Part shown: positions 22,507 to 33,961 of the stretch, piece by piece
Layout: the number at the start of each line of letters is the position of its first letter
Position numbering within the stretch: the first letter of the stretch is position 1
From: an uncultured virus (IMG/VR IMGVR_UViG_3300032007_000021)
Taxonomy: Duplodnaviria > Heunggongvirae > Uroviricota > Caudoviricetes
DNA: 63,351 nucleotides
Virus record (IMG/VR): IMGVR_UViG_3300032007_000021
Strand: one strand, 5' to 3'
Program-made: the position numbers and the translations under genes
The notes under the pieces: model-generated
Database searches by the model: none
The model's input: the letters and a program-made list of their open reading frames with translations, nothing else
What the model was told of the DNA's origin: nothing

Positions 22507-23358
22507 TCATTTATTTTCCTTTCTCTTCAAATAATTTTCTATCACAATATTTATTTGCTAAGACAAACTTCTATCTTTATAATTTTTCAAATCATTCTCG
22601 ACACATTCAACATTATAAACATTCATTTCATGACTATATGGCTCTATCTAAAAAGTAACATTCTCATCTTGAAATGGAAAATCAATAGCTATACAATGAA
22701 AATCTTCCTAAAGAAATGTATAATTTGCAGGATTTTTTATTTTTGTTAATTCTTCTTTATATTTTTCACAAAGTTTCATCCATTCTTTAGAATTACACAC
22801 ATATCCTTTTTCAAAAATCTTCTGAACTCTGTTTTTTTGATAATCATTCAAAACCTGTATGAGTTTATCTTCAAGCTCCTAAAAACTTCCATTATTTTCA
22901 ATAGAATAAGTGATATATTTTTGAGATAAACCATTCTCTGAAACATGAGTATCATTTTCCTTACTATCGCGGGTTATATTAATCACAATACCAAACTTCT
23001 GCAAAATCATTTGAGCTTCATTATTAAATCTCACATCAGGTATCACAACACATCCGAACTAATTTTCCAATTTCAATTCCATTAATTTAACCCAAACATT
23101 CTAATCAAAATTTTTTCTAAAACAATCAGTACCAATCTTTTGTAATATCTATCTATTTGTCATCCCCCAAAACGAATTGTATCTTTGCTTACCTTCAGTC
23201 GTATAAACATCTTCTTCTTTCAATCCAAAATATTTAATACACATATCTTTTAATATGTCTGCAAAATGCAAAATTTTAGTATTTGGAAAATTTTTCTGAA
23301 TAATTCTAGCCGCAGTATCTTTCCCCACCTATTTCTTTCCACTTATTCCAATTATCAT
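22507..23358 (-). CDS. dNMP kinase with C-terminal extension
   Basis: IIGISGKK*VGKDT, FAD.LK, R*ILQKIGTD, IPDVRFNNE, HVSE, IENNGS. Confidence 0.85.
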
Positions 23359-23373
23359 AGCATTTCCTTTCTC

Positions 23374-24558
23374 TTATTTTGAAACTATAATTAATTCTTC
23401 CTCTGCTCTTGTAATAGCTGTGTACATCCATCTTCTATTGGTTTCTTTACTCTACCAAATCCCAAAATTTTCATCAAAAATCATAACATTTTTCCACGAA
23501 CTTCCCTGTGCCAAATGAGCTGTTATGCAATAACCAAAATTAAAATGAACTATATCCCGTTTATATCTTGAACTCATCAACTCTTCTTTCTATAATCCAA
23601 CAGTACCTTTTACTTTATGTTCTCCATTACAAACAATTTCATGAAAAACATCATCATGTTCCAACTAATCTATATAACAAAGCTAATAAACATCCTTTTT
23701 TACTTTGGCATCTTGTGTTAGATATACAATCTGTCCATGAAACAAGTTGTTTTTCAAATTGTTTGCCATACAAATTAATTTTTCATTTCTTTTCGGAATT
23801 TCATCACCAAAACCCTTTATTTCTCTTATAGTCTAATTAACAAGTTTTCTTTTCTTGTTTGTACCACAAATGATTTGCCCAGAACTCAACAACATTTCGT
23901 CAGTAACATCACACAAATGTACTTTTACAATGTTTTTTCCAAATTCCTCAAAAGGAATTTTCTATCCTCTTATTGCCATTTGAGATAATCTTATAATAGG
24001 ATTGTTCTACTGTTGCCTTAAAACTTGCTACATTCTATAATCCGTAACATTCATCAAATTAAATTTTGATTTTACCGGAGGCAGTTGTTGATGATCTCCA
24101 ACAAAAACAACAGGAATATTAAAACTTAACAAATCATTAAATATCTATTCGTTTATCATTGATGATTCATCAACAACTATTAACTTGTATGTTAAGAAAC
24201 TTTTCTTCTCAAACTAAAAATAAATTTTTCCATCAACAATATATTTTTTAGTATCATAAATAGCAGAATGTATTGTGTGAGTGTTCGACAAACCTTTTCT
24301 CTTTAAAGCTAAAGCCGCTTTACCAGTCAAAGCACAAAACAAAACATCACGTTCTTTTAAATTTAATTCTTCACACAAATAACTCAATAAAGTAGTTTTT
24401 CCACTTCCTGCAACACCACCTATAACAATATGTTGTTTTTTTGACGTATCTTTCCACCATGTTTTTATCAAACAAATCACATTTTTTTGGTCTTCTGAAA
24501 ACTAAGAAAAATCTTTAACTTCTATTGCAAAATTATTTTTATAAAACTAATCTAACAT
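23374..24558 (-). CDS. RecD/Dda-like SF1B DNA helicase
   Basis: GVAGSGKTT, VDESSM, GDHQQLPPV, VLRQ, YCITAHLAQGS, YTAITRA. Confidence 0.9.
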
Positions 24559-24571
24559 TCACTATTCCCCA

Positions 24572-24997
24572 TTAAAATATAGAGTTATAAAACTATTTTT
24601 TTGTTTCAACATAATCTTTAGCTTGTTTAATAAATTCTTCTTGTTTACATTTTACAATTTCTTCTTTATCTTTATCTATGAAAAGATACTAACTAATCGT
24701 TAAACCATCATCTAATTCAGACACAATATTTTTTATATAATCCTAATCTATATTAGTCCACCATCCATCTTCATTAACTAAAATCATTTTTTTATAACCA
24801 TTTTTCTATCCAACAAACAACGTTTGCTATATATCTATTCTCTTCTAAATACTTTTGTTTGAAAAAATCATTGTAAGTAAACAAACTTTTTTCTTTTCAA
24901 TATTATCTAACAATTTAAACACATTTCTAATACTTTTATCTTCAACTTCATTTTCTTCCAATTCAATCAAACGATCATGATAATAATACAAATTCAT
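24572..24997 (-). CDS. hypothetical protein
   Basis: GGAG RBS; frame continuous through TAGs. Confidence 0.55.
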
Positions 24998-25011
24998 TTT
25001 TAATTCTCCTT

Positions 25012-26199
25012 TCATTTATAAATATCCAAATGTGTATTGCTCTCTTCTTTCCCTCCCTGAGAAATAACTATATATTCCACTTCTTTTCTAAATTGTTTCC
25101 AATTCTTACAGCCACCATAACTTAAAGCACTTTTTAAGTTCATTTTAAGCTATTTTAACCATGTTTCTGTTTTTCCTTGATATTTTATATATCCGCTTAC
25201 TCCCTCAACGCTACCTTCGCTTAAAACACCATTTCTTGCATCTTTAGATGCCATACCCATATATCTCTTATATTCCGGATAATAAATACTGTTTTTGTCG
25301 TCAAAATTAATTTTATCTTTCGGAATAAAACTCATTTTTTTATTATAAAACAAATCAGAAGACAAATCTGTTGCGGCAAGCATTTTACCCAACATTACAG
25401 CTCTTGCCCCACAATACAGGGCTTTTACAATATCTCCAGATGTGTTTATACCTCCGTCTGCAATCACATCAATATCTGTTCCTTGACAAATCTCCTGCAA
25501 ACAAGTAACCATTGGCACACCGAAACCTTCTTTCCCTCTTGTTGTACAAGCATTGCCTGATCCTATACCAACTCTTACACTATTAACCCCAGCATCACAT
25601 AATCTTAGGAATCCTTCTTTAGTAGCAATATTGCCAGCCATTATTTTTATATCTTTTCCAAACTTCCTTATATAAGCAATCGTATCAACACAATGCTTAC
25701 TATCTCCATGTGCCATATCTATACAAAATCTTTTTATCCCTTTATTCAAAAGAAAATCAATCCATTCTTTATATTTAAAAACACTTCCAACTGAAAAATA
25801 AATTTTTTCAATTTCTTCTCGAATTGCATTCTTCATCTTTGAAGTAAACCCCACAACTCCTTGTCTCATTTTTTTTCTCTATTCAAAATCATATAAATCA
25901 ATACCCTTATTATCAAGTCTTATCATTTCAGATAAACCCAAATATACATAATCATATTGATCCTTTACTTCCTTGAAATACCTGTGAACTGTCGCAACCA
26001 TATCGTTTTTCAAAAAGAAATATATCATCTATGGAGAAGTTACACAATTCATCGGAGACATTATCAAAGGCATCGCAATTTTTTCGGAAGAGAAATTTTC
26101 ACTAATATCCACTTCATTCCTGCTTTGTAAATCTGAATATCTTGGAATCAACAAAATATCATTATAACCAATCGCCATTTCTTCTTTATATTTTTTCAT
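25012..26199 (-). CDS. IMP dehydrogenase/GMP reductase family protein
   Basis: DILLIP, SPM, DMAHG, VRVGIGSGNACTTR, IADGGI, YMGMAS, EGVSG, SALSYGG. Confidence 0.85.
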
Positions 26200-26202
26200 T
26201 CA

Positions 26203-26811
26203 TCATTCCTTTCTGCTTTTTTGAACCAAATATTCTAAATATTTCACATCATCTTGATAAAAAATCTTTTCACCTTTTTCGTTCAAAACAATACGATGTT
26301 CTTTCTGCATCTCAATTTCTTTTTTATTTACCATTTCCATTACTTCATCCATATTATATGGACTATAATCATGAGTATCAACACCAATATCAAAAGTAAG
26401 ATTATAAAAATTCATCCTACCATGACAATGACCAACAAGTTGAATATTACCACGAAAACAATTTTCCCATGTTCTTAAAGGACAATGGGACATTACAAAA
26501 TATCTGTCTTTATATTTTATTTGTTTTTGATAATCAACTGTAATAAACCTTTTATACACCTCTGAACTCATACTGTCGTGAGAACCAATAATCAAATGTT
26601 TTTGACCTTTTAAAGCATTAATAAATTTAACATGATTTTTAAAAGCAAAATCTCCGATTATATAAACATGATCGTGTTTATTGATTTTAGCATTCCATAG
26701 ATCAATCATATAATCATTCATTTCTTCTGTATTTTTAAACGGTCTTGAGCAATGTTTCAAAATAGCATCATGATCGAAATGAAGATCAGCAGTAACCCAA
26801 ACATTTTCCAT
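26203..26811 (-). CDS. calcineurin-like phosphoesterase
   Basis: ADLHFDH, IGDF, GSHD, SHCP, GHCH, DIGVD. Confidence 0.85.
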   Translation of the reverse strand: MENVWVTADLHFDHDAILKHCSRPFKNTEEMNDYMIDLWNAKINKHDHVYIIGDFAFKNHVKFINALKGQKHLIIGSHDSMSSEVYKRFITVDYQKQIKYKDRYFVMSHCPLRTWENCFRGNIQLVGHCHGRMNFYNLTFDIGVDTHDYSPYNMDEVMEMVNKKEIEMQKEHRIVLNEKGEKIFYQDDVKYLEYLVQKSRKE

Positions 26812-26887
26812 TCTTTATTACCTTTCTTTAAAAATTGTTGGCGGTTACTTTTTAAATAACCGCCTAAAAATTTCAAAACATTTTTTA

Positions 26888-27433
26888 TTATCTCTATTCA
26901 AGCAATCTCTTTAAATCAAACTCATGTTTCGTCTCATCTTCCAAAATCTACTTGAACAGTCTCTCTGTAACATAATCTTTCAAGCCCTTAGCATAATTAA
27001 TGATGTCTTGATAAAAAATTCTGGCATCTCTCTCAGCATCAATCAAAATATTCAATTGCTACTTTGGATCAGACGTAGAAATAATTTGCCATGTATGACC
27101 AACAGAACTAATCTCATTTAAGTTAGTAACAACTCTACCACCAAGCTCTTCTATTCGATGTGCTATCTTCTATAAATGCTATGCCTATTCTGTCATATGC
27201 TAATTATATTCATCTAAACAATCCACTCTTCCCTATCCTCTTACAACATGAGAAGCAGTGAAGTATTGCCATGTCGCCGTTGTCTCATCACAAAAAGCAA
27301 CAATCAATTTTTCAACCAAACCCTAAACTGTAAAAGTCTTCTTCTATTCATTCTAATCTATAATTCCTTCTAACGCTTCAATCATCTTACTTAAATCAGC
27401 TTTCTATTCTTCATACGATTTAATCATCTTCAT
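26888..27433 (-). CDS. ferritin-like (DpsL/bacterioferritin) protein
   Basis: DE.TA.WQY, *HMTE*A*H..KIAHRIEELGG, AERDA..FY, D.VT, ILEDETKH di-iron motifs. Confidence 0.8.
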
Positions 27434-27504
27434 TTTTCAACTCTCCTTTTTATTAAATAATTCCTTATGGAAATAAATCTTCTTTATTATATTTCAATAT
27501 AAAG

Positions 27505-27535
27505 AAAAAAGTAAGAGAAGTTTCTCTTACTTTTT
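27505..27535. terminator. bidirectional-type hairpin terminator
   Basis: aaaaaagtaagagaa-g-tttctcttactttt. Confidence 0.6.
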
Positions 27536-27556
27536 GTTTGTTATTTTTATTCTTTT

Positions 27557-28108
27557 TCAAGTTTTATTTGCAGAACATTCAAACTGCTTCTTTTCGTATT
27601 CCGTAGGATCATCTTTATAATAAGCAAGTTTTTCAAATGCAGGAAACTTATCTTCAAGATTTTCTTGTGCAATATTCTTTCTTAGCAGAGCAAGATTCCT
27701 TTCCTTATCTTTATCAAACAGCTTCTTTTCATATTCCGTAGGATCATCTTTATAATAAGCAAGTTTTTCAAATGGAAGTTTAGGCATCCAAGCATGTTTT
27801 CCATGATATTTTCCAACAGGAAACTTATCTTCAAGATTTTCTTTTGCAAGATTCATTCTTAGCAGAGCAAGATACCTTCCCTTTTCTTTAACAAAAGCAT
27901 CTTTCTTTGAACAAACCGCAATTCCTCGACAAACCTTATCTTCCATCTTTTCAACCGCAACTGCGGCATAAGGCTTTCCTCCATTATCTCGCATGTAATA
28001 AAGTTCAATATTCTTATTCACCATCAGATTAACCTTAAATCCATTCATCATTTTTTTCTTTTTCCTTTCATTTTTAAGTTTTTTGTTACTTTTTTGTTTG
28101 TTTTTCAT
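27557..28108 (-). CDS. hypothetical protein with an internal C-terminal duplication
   Basis: LALLR..ENLEDKFP..FEKLAYYKDDPTEYEKK occurs twice. Confidence 0.7.
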   Translation of the reverse strand: MKNKQKSNKKLKNERKKKKMMNGFKVNLMVNKNIELYYMRDNGGKPYAAVAVEKMEDKVCRGIAVCSKKDAFVKEKGRYLALLRMNLAKENLEDKFPVGKYHGKHAWMPKLPFEKLAYYKDDPTEYEKKLFDKDKERNLALLRKNIAQENLEDKFPAFEKLAYYKDDPTEYEKKQFECSANKT

Positions 28109-28136
28109 TTTATTTTAAATCATAGTGTTACTCCTT

Positions 28137-28604
28137 TCATTCCCACATTTCATTCAGGTTGATGTTCTTGTTTTTCGCGTATGCTTCGATGATCCGGTAT
28201 GCTTCATCCTCGTCCACGACTTTCTCGCCATTGATTTCCGATGCTACTTCCAGTTCCGCAAGGGTGATTATATTTCTGACCGCCTTTAAAAGCGCGTCTT
28301 CATCGCAGTCGCCCTCGCAGGACTGATAGTGCCAGCAGTGGGCAGCCCTGATGCGTTGGCAATCGTGCAGTTCCGGATGTTCCTCGTACCGGATTGCCGC
28401 CATGTAGGATAGATAGGACTGGTACTCTTTCCGGTTGTCCTCACATTCCGAATCCCGGAGCTGATACCGCTGGTTCACGGACTCCACGTTCAGCAGATAC
28501 AGACGCTGACAGAGCAGGTCCTTGTTCTTGATTTCCTGATACTTCGCTGACAGATCAACGATGCTGGAAAAGGTGATGTTTTTTGTACAAACGAATGCGC
28601 TCAT
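28137..28604 (-). CDS. hypothetical protein, GC-rich relative to the genome
   Basis: LNVESVNQRY and YQSCE motifs; GGAG RBS. Confidence 0.75.
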   Translation of the reverse strand: MSAFVCTKNITFSSIVDLSAKYQEIKNKDLLCQRLYLLNVESVNQRYQLRDSECEDNRKEYQSYLSYMAAIRYEEHPELHDCQRIRAAHCWHYQSCEGDCDEDALLKAVRNIITLAELEVASEINGEKVVDEDEAYRIIEAYAKNKNINLNEMWE

Positions 28605-28664
28605 TTTTCAAATCTCCTTTGATTATTTTTGTTTCAGAAAAACTCCCTCTTTTTGTCGCAAACA

Positions 28665-29075
28665 TCAGGCTTTCACTTCAAAAATTCTACCATCCATTCT
28701 AATCTCCTTGATTTTTTCAATTTTTGCAGTACGATAACAACCAATCGTTTCGTCTTTGTTTTCTGCGTTCATATCAAAATATTTCAGATTACCTTTAGCA
28801 AGAGCTTCTTCAAAAGATTCTCCAATAAATTTTCCTTTTCCTGGAGCAGTACAATTCTTCGGATCAGTTACACCAAGTCTGCAAGTGGCATCGCGGAATT
28901 TTGAAAGTTTAGTTCCACAAATCGGACACTCATCAAGCTCATTCCATTTCTTGTTAGATTTTCCACAAAACGGACATTTTGCAGCAACTCTTTCATAAGT
29001 CATCGCAAAAATCTTGTCTCCTGCAACCTTACGAATCTGTCTGACAATCTCTTCAACCTTGATCTGTTCTTTCAT
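28665..29075 (-). CDS. zinc-ribbon hypothetical early protein
   Basis: CPFCG...CPICG; follows the repeated leader. Confidence 0.7.
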   Translation of the reverse strand: MKEQIKVEEIVRQIRKVAGDKIFAMTYERVAAKCPFCGKSNKKWNELDECPICGTKLSKFRDATCRLGVTDPKNCTAPGKGKFIGESFEEALAKGNLKYFDMNAENKDETIGCYRTAKIEKIKEIRMDGRIFEVKA

Positions 29076-29146
29076 TTCAAATCTCCTCTGATTTGTTTAG
29101 ATTTTTGGTTACATCCTCTATATAACAACAAAAAATTTTAATTACA
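29076..29146 (-). promoter_or_regulatory. repeated ~72-bp promoter/leader element
   Basis: TGTAATTAAAATTTTTTGTTGTTATATAGAGGATGTAACCAAAAATCTAAACAAATCAGAGGAGATTTGAA. Confidence 0.8.
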
Positions 29147-29152
29147 TTTTTT

Positions 29153-29457
29153 TTACTACGTTTGAAAAAAGGGATTAACTTCGTTCAGATAAATTTCGAG
29201 AATTTTGTACATTTCCTTTCTTTCGTTCGTTTTATCATCGTTGATATATATTGTCAAGTTTCTTCCAACAAAACCAGTAGAAATGGATTCTTGCGTTACT
29301 TCTTTGTTTTTTCTTGCTCCAGCAATAAAACAACCTTCAGTTCCAATTTTCTTCAACATTTCAAAAAGTATTTTTCTGTTAGTAAAACAACCAATAAAAA
29401 AATCTTTTTCTTTATGTCTTTTTGTTAAAACATAAACTCTTCTTTTATCTTCACTCA
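29153..29457 (-). CDS. hypothetical protein
   Basis: MSEDKRRVY...; ends TAG TAA. Confidence 0.55.
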
Positions 29458-29462
29458 TTAGA

Positions 29463-30062
29463 TTATTCACTCTCTTGTGCAAACAAATATTGAAATTCAT
29501 TCAAAAGAAAACAATCATTTTTTTTACCATTTATAACATAAAAATCAGAAACACTATAAACAAAACTTAATTTTATCTCTTCCAAAATCTTGTCATCTGA
29601 TATAAAAACAAACACATTAGAACGATGATCTGTATAATCAACCACACACAATCTGTTGATGCTCTGAATTTCTTTCAATTTGCGTAAAACTCTTTCTCTA
29701 TATTCCCTCACAACAAACACACTCAATTCTTGAGATTCACATTCAAACAAATCAAAACTCTCTCTGTCTTTATTGTGTTTGTCAATATAAATCATATTCT
29801 AAAAATCATTTTTCAACCCAAAAGGAAGATGATAACCCAAACATTTAAACAAACCTTTTCGAGTATTCATTTCAAAACCTTTTGCCATTTCTTCCTTTCC
29901 AATATATCTGGCATAATCTGCATAAGCAAATAGTTTTTCATCTGAAATATTTTTTCCATACTTGGAAAGATAAGACAACACTCCTGAACCATCATCATTA
30001 TCATAATGACCGATAATTCTATTGTTCCATCTTTCCTCAATATCAGCTCTTGTAACAGGCAT
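29463..30062 (-). CDS. hypothetical protein (two track ORFs fused at TAG 29799)
   Basis: ...KNDF*NMIYIDK in one frame. Confidence 0.5.
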
Positions 30063-30080
30063 CGTTATTCTCCTGATAAA

Positions 30081-30263
30081 TTAATAAAAACTAATAGAAT
30101 CCTCTTCCTCAAGAAAACCTTTTTCTTTCTTCACACGATGCTTTTCTTTATATCTTTTCTGATCTTTCCTTTCATCAACAGCAATATTCTTTTTTACTTT
30201 CTTTTTGGATTTCACAAAACCACCAAATTCTGCTTCCATCTCATCATCAAAACGATCTTTCAT
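30081..30263 (-). CDS. small basic hypothetical protein
   Basis: Track ORF with a purine-rich upstream region. Confidence 0.5.
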   Translation of the reverse strand: MKDRFDDEMEAEFGGFVKSKKKVKKNIAVDERKDQKRYKEKHRVKKEKGFLEEEDSISFY

Positions 30264-30326
30264 TTTCTCTTTCCTATTTTAGTTAAAAGTTTCAAACAAT
30301 ATCTAAATAACATCAAAAAATTTTAC

Positions 30327-31349
30327 TTACATTTTTTGCGAAAAAATCACACAAGCCTGAAATACCATGAATTTCAAACTCGGCAAAGGGTTTGGATCAA
30401 CAAAATATCCAACATCAAAAATCTTAAAAGCCTATAAATATTGAACAGATTTTTTAGTCAATCCATTCATCTATAATTTCTTGGTTAAATATGTCCTCAT
30501 CATTCTTCTAAAACCTTCACAATCTATATTCTAATTACTATTTATCTATTGTATAAATCCATTAAAATCTCCTTTCTAAACCATTTGACATAACTTCCAA
30601 TAATCTATTTTCTTTTCTCCAGATATTTGAGAAAGACTATCTATTCCACCATTTACAAATTGATTGAAATTATTTAATATTTCTCGATAACTCATTCCTT
30701 GAACATAATCAAAAAATATTTGCTTCTGCTAACTTGTCAGATTTGCCATCTACTGTGAACATACTCCGCTCAACAATTCGGAAATATCCTTCTTGGAAGG
30801 TAATTTGAACTCATATTTTTCACATCTATTCTGCAACGTCTTTATTAACTTATTTGATTCTGTAGTACAAAATATCATATAAGTATTGGCAGGAGGATTT
30901 TCCAAAGGTTTTAACAACAAATTTTGAGAAGATGATGTTAACATTTGAGACTCATCCATAATCCAAATATTATTTCTTCCAGTTAAAGATGTCTGATACA
31001 TCTACTAAACAAGTCTATCTATATCTTCTTTTGTCCCCGTACTACCAATATTAATATCATGTATATTCAAAGCCCTTTCAGCCAATGCTTGTTTACAACT
31101 ATCACATTCCAAACAAGGTTCAACAGTATCTCCTTTCTAACAATTCAAACCCATAGCCAAAATCTTGCTAATGGTAGTTTTTCCACATCCTGATTGACCA
31201 ACAAACAATAAATTTGTAGAACGCTACTTTCCCTGCTACATCCATTTTATCAAATTCTTTTTGATAGATTCGTTCCCTATTACCTCACTGAACTTTCTTG
31301 GTCTATATCTCTATATAATCTGTTTCTAACCTCTTCTTATTACACCCAT
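30327..31349 (-). CDS. dnaX: clamp loader, DNA polymerase III gamma/tau-like
   Basis: RYRPRKFSEVIG, GQSGCGKTT, LNC..PCLECDSC, IMDESQML, LLKPLENPP, TLQNRC. Confidence 0.9.
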
Positions 31350-31445
31350 ATTATTTTCCTTTATTTACAACCTTAAATCCATTTTATCAACAAAGATGTT
31401 GTTTTATATGTATCCAGCATTAATTGCTCTTAAAATCGCTTTAAA

Positions 31446-32141
31446 TTACCATTTAAAGTATTTTGCAACATGAGGAATATATGGAGCAATCAATTTCTTA
31501 ATCGCTTTTGCATATTCCCTTATTTCAAATTGAGCGTGTTCATCATCTCTCAAATCAAGAAAATGCAACAAATTTCTCAAATCAACCGTCCACCAAAAAG
31601 TAGTCATCATACATTGCGGCAAAATTCCCCTTGCCTGTTCTTTGCAAACACCAAGTTTCAATAAATTTTCATAAACAGAATAACACTTGTTTACTATATC
31701 AAAACACACATCAAATGCCTTTTGATTATCCTATATCATACTTCCCTAAACAGACGCTTGTTTATTATTATCAGATTGTTTGCGATACGTTTCGGGTAAA
31801 TAAAACTCCAAATCAACTTCTGTATATCTTCGAGATATTTCATTATAACTTCCTGCTCTGTGCCTCATCCACTGACTTCTCACAAACAAAGGACAATGAA
31901 TGCTGAATTGAAATTTCACATGTTCAAACGGTGTTAAATGCTGATTTTTTATTAAATAATTTAGTAGCTTCTCATCTTTTTCATCGAATACAGTTTTCAT
32001 TTTCCCAAACGATACTCTGGCCGCATTTGTAATTGTATTCTCATCTCCCATGTGATCCAACAATCCTACCCATCCTTGTCCTCCATCTAAAACCTTAATA
32101 TGATTTGTTGGAGGCACATTCAAACTATTCATCTCATTCAT
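31446..32141 (-). CDS. thyX: flavin-dependent thymidylate synthase
   Basis: AARVS, HLTPFEH, QWMRHR..SYNEISRRY, EQARGILP, LRDDEHAQFEIR; joined across TAGs. Confidence 0.95.
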
Positions 32142-32143
32142 AT

Positions 32144-32374
32144 TTATTCTCCTTCATTCACTTTAATAATTTCCATTTTTTTATTCTTTATATCAATCAA
32201 ACTTACAATCTGTTCTTCACTCTTTATAATATAATTGTTTAAACCTCTCGAAAAATATCTATTGTCAAATCTAATAAATATTCTCTTGAATGGATTTGCA
32301 ATATATACTGCATAACCTTCTCCTACATGTCCCTTCAAAAATTCATCTGCTTGTTCAATATTCATCTCATTCAT
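32144..32374 (-). CDS. hypothetical protein
   Basis: Track ORF; RBS and first codons identical to those of thyX. Confidence 0.55.
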   Translation of the reverse strand: MNEMNIEQADEFLKGHVGEGYAVYIANPFKRIFIRFDNRYFSRGLNNYIIKSEEQIVSLIDIKNKKMEIIKVNEGE

Positions 32375-32415
32375 ATTTATTCTCCTTTTTTATTTAATAA
32401 ACATTCAATACAATA

Positions 32416-32444
32416 AAAACTAACGGTAAATAACCGTTAGTTTT
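32416..32444. terminator. hairpin terminator
   Basis: aaaactaacggt-aaata-accgttagtttt. Confidence 0.65.
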
Positions 32445-32468
32445 AACAGAAACAAAAAATAAGAAACA

Positions 32469-33194
32469 TTAATATATTTTAAAATCTTTAAAAAACTCCC
32501 TCTTATTTACTTCATAAGGCAAATTCTCTGTTATTTCCCCGTTAATATTTACTTTGTTCACAAACACTGGAATATTATAATGTTTACACTCTTCAATCAC
32601 ATCTTTAATCCAAGAAATTTCACAATTCCTTCTGTTTTCTCCAGTCTCACATCCTACAACAATCCAATTAATCAATCCGGTTTTCAAATATTCTTCAATA
32701 GAAATTTTTTCCAGCATAGGCTCAAGAGAAATAAAACGATATTTAATTTTGTCTGTCATCAGCAAATCGTCAATTCTCTTCTTCCTAATATTAGTTTCAA
32801 CCGTTACCCCAAACATCATTCGTTCAAAATCCAAATATCCAACATTATCAAACAAACAAGGATTTTCAAAATAATCTTTCAGCAAGGATGACCTTTTAGT
32901 AAGAATCAAAAAATGTTTTTCTTTTGCTTCATTCATCTTTCTGAAAACTTTATCTAAATATCTTTCAGAAATAGAAGGATGAAACAAATCACTCTGTCCA
33001 GAAACAAAAATTGTTTCTTCTCCAGATTCAAAAGAACTCATCAGTTGTTTTTTATTTTCACGAATATCAAAAGTCAAATTCTTTTCACACTTTTTTCGTT
33101 TTTCAACAAGCTCTCTTGCAAAACAATTTTCACAACCTTCACTACAAGGACTACAACCAAGTGTCGGATTCCATGTTCTATTATAATATTTCAT
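32469..33194 (-). CDS. Gp37Gp68/DUF5131 radical-SAM-like protein
   Basis: TWNPTLGCSPCSEGCENCFA, SDLFH, ILTKR, FISLEP, WIVVGCETG. Confidence 0.85.
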   Translation of the reverse strand: MKYYNRTWNPTLGCSPCSEGCENCFARELVEKRKKCEKNLTFDIRENKKQLMSSFESGEETIFVSGQSDLFHPSISERYLDKVFRKMNEAKEKHFLILTKRSSLLKDYFENPCLFDNVGYLDFERMMFGVTVETNIRKKRIDDLLMTDKIKYRFISLEPMLEKISIEEYLKTGLINWIVVGCETGENRRNCEISWIKDVIEECKHYNIPVFVNKVNINGEITENLPYEVNKREFFKDFKIY

Positions 33195-33209
33195 TTACAT
33201 TCTCCTATC

Positions 33210-33887
33210 TTAAACACATTCTTCTTCAACATCAACAATCCAAAAACGATTTCTGTTAAATTTTCTCTTTTTACCTTCATCATCAATAAAACAAACAAAA
33301 TTTATATCGGAATCGTTTTCAATGATCTTATACATTTTGTTCTCAGTCAAATTACAAAGATTACTGTCATCCTTACAAAAAGCCATTTTGATAGTCTTAA
33401 CAACTTGTTCAACACTTTCTTTTTTACATTCAGATGTACTGATTTCAGAATTACTTTCTTCACAAGAAAAACTCTTTTTATGAGACATATCCAAAAATCT
33501 ATGTGTAACTTCTTGAATTTTATCATAAACCTGTTGCTGTTCAATAATACTGAGCGGGAAACCACATTCAGCACACTCTTTTGAAAAACATCTAAAAGAC
33601 CTTGATATTTGAGTGAAAACAACCGTAAATTCATCAATAGTTTCTTTAGAATAAGAAGAAAAATTTTTGAAAAAAATTTCTTCTGTAACACCTGTCAGAT
33701 TAACACCTTCAATATCATGACTTGTAAGTTCTTTCTTGGAAAATCTGCAAGGAGAAATTCCAATTCTCTTCATAACCCCGAAACCAAAACAACGGTCATC
33801 TTTAACAAGTTTAAAAATCACTCTCACAAAATTAGGCGAACTAACAACGTTCTGATAAAACCGATTAAAAAACACTCCAATTTCCAT
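33210..33887 (-). CDS. hypothetical early protein
   Basis: TAG-free ORF after the repeated leader. Confidence 0.65.
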   Translation of the reverse strand: MEIGVFFNRFYQNVVSSPNFVRVIFKLVKDDRCFGFGVMKRIGISPCRFSKKELTSHDIEGVNLTGVTEEIFFKNFSSYSKETIDEFTVVFTQISRSFRCFSKECAECGFPLSIIEQQQVYDKIQEVTHRFLDMSHKKSFSCEESNSEISTSECKKESVEQVVKTIKMAFCKDDSNLCNLTENKMYKIIENDSDINFVCFIDDEGKKRKFNRNRFWIVDVEEECV

Positions 33888-33960
33888 TTTCAAATCTCCT
33901 TTGATTTGTTTAGATTTTTTGGTTACATCCTCTATATAACAACAAAAAATTTTGATTACA
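33888..33960 (-). promoter_or_regulatory. repeated ~72-bp promoter/leader element
   Basis: Near-identical to the copies at 29076, 35183 and 37110. Confidence 0.8.
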
Positions 33961-33961
33961 A

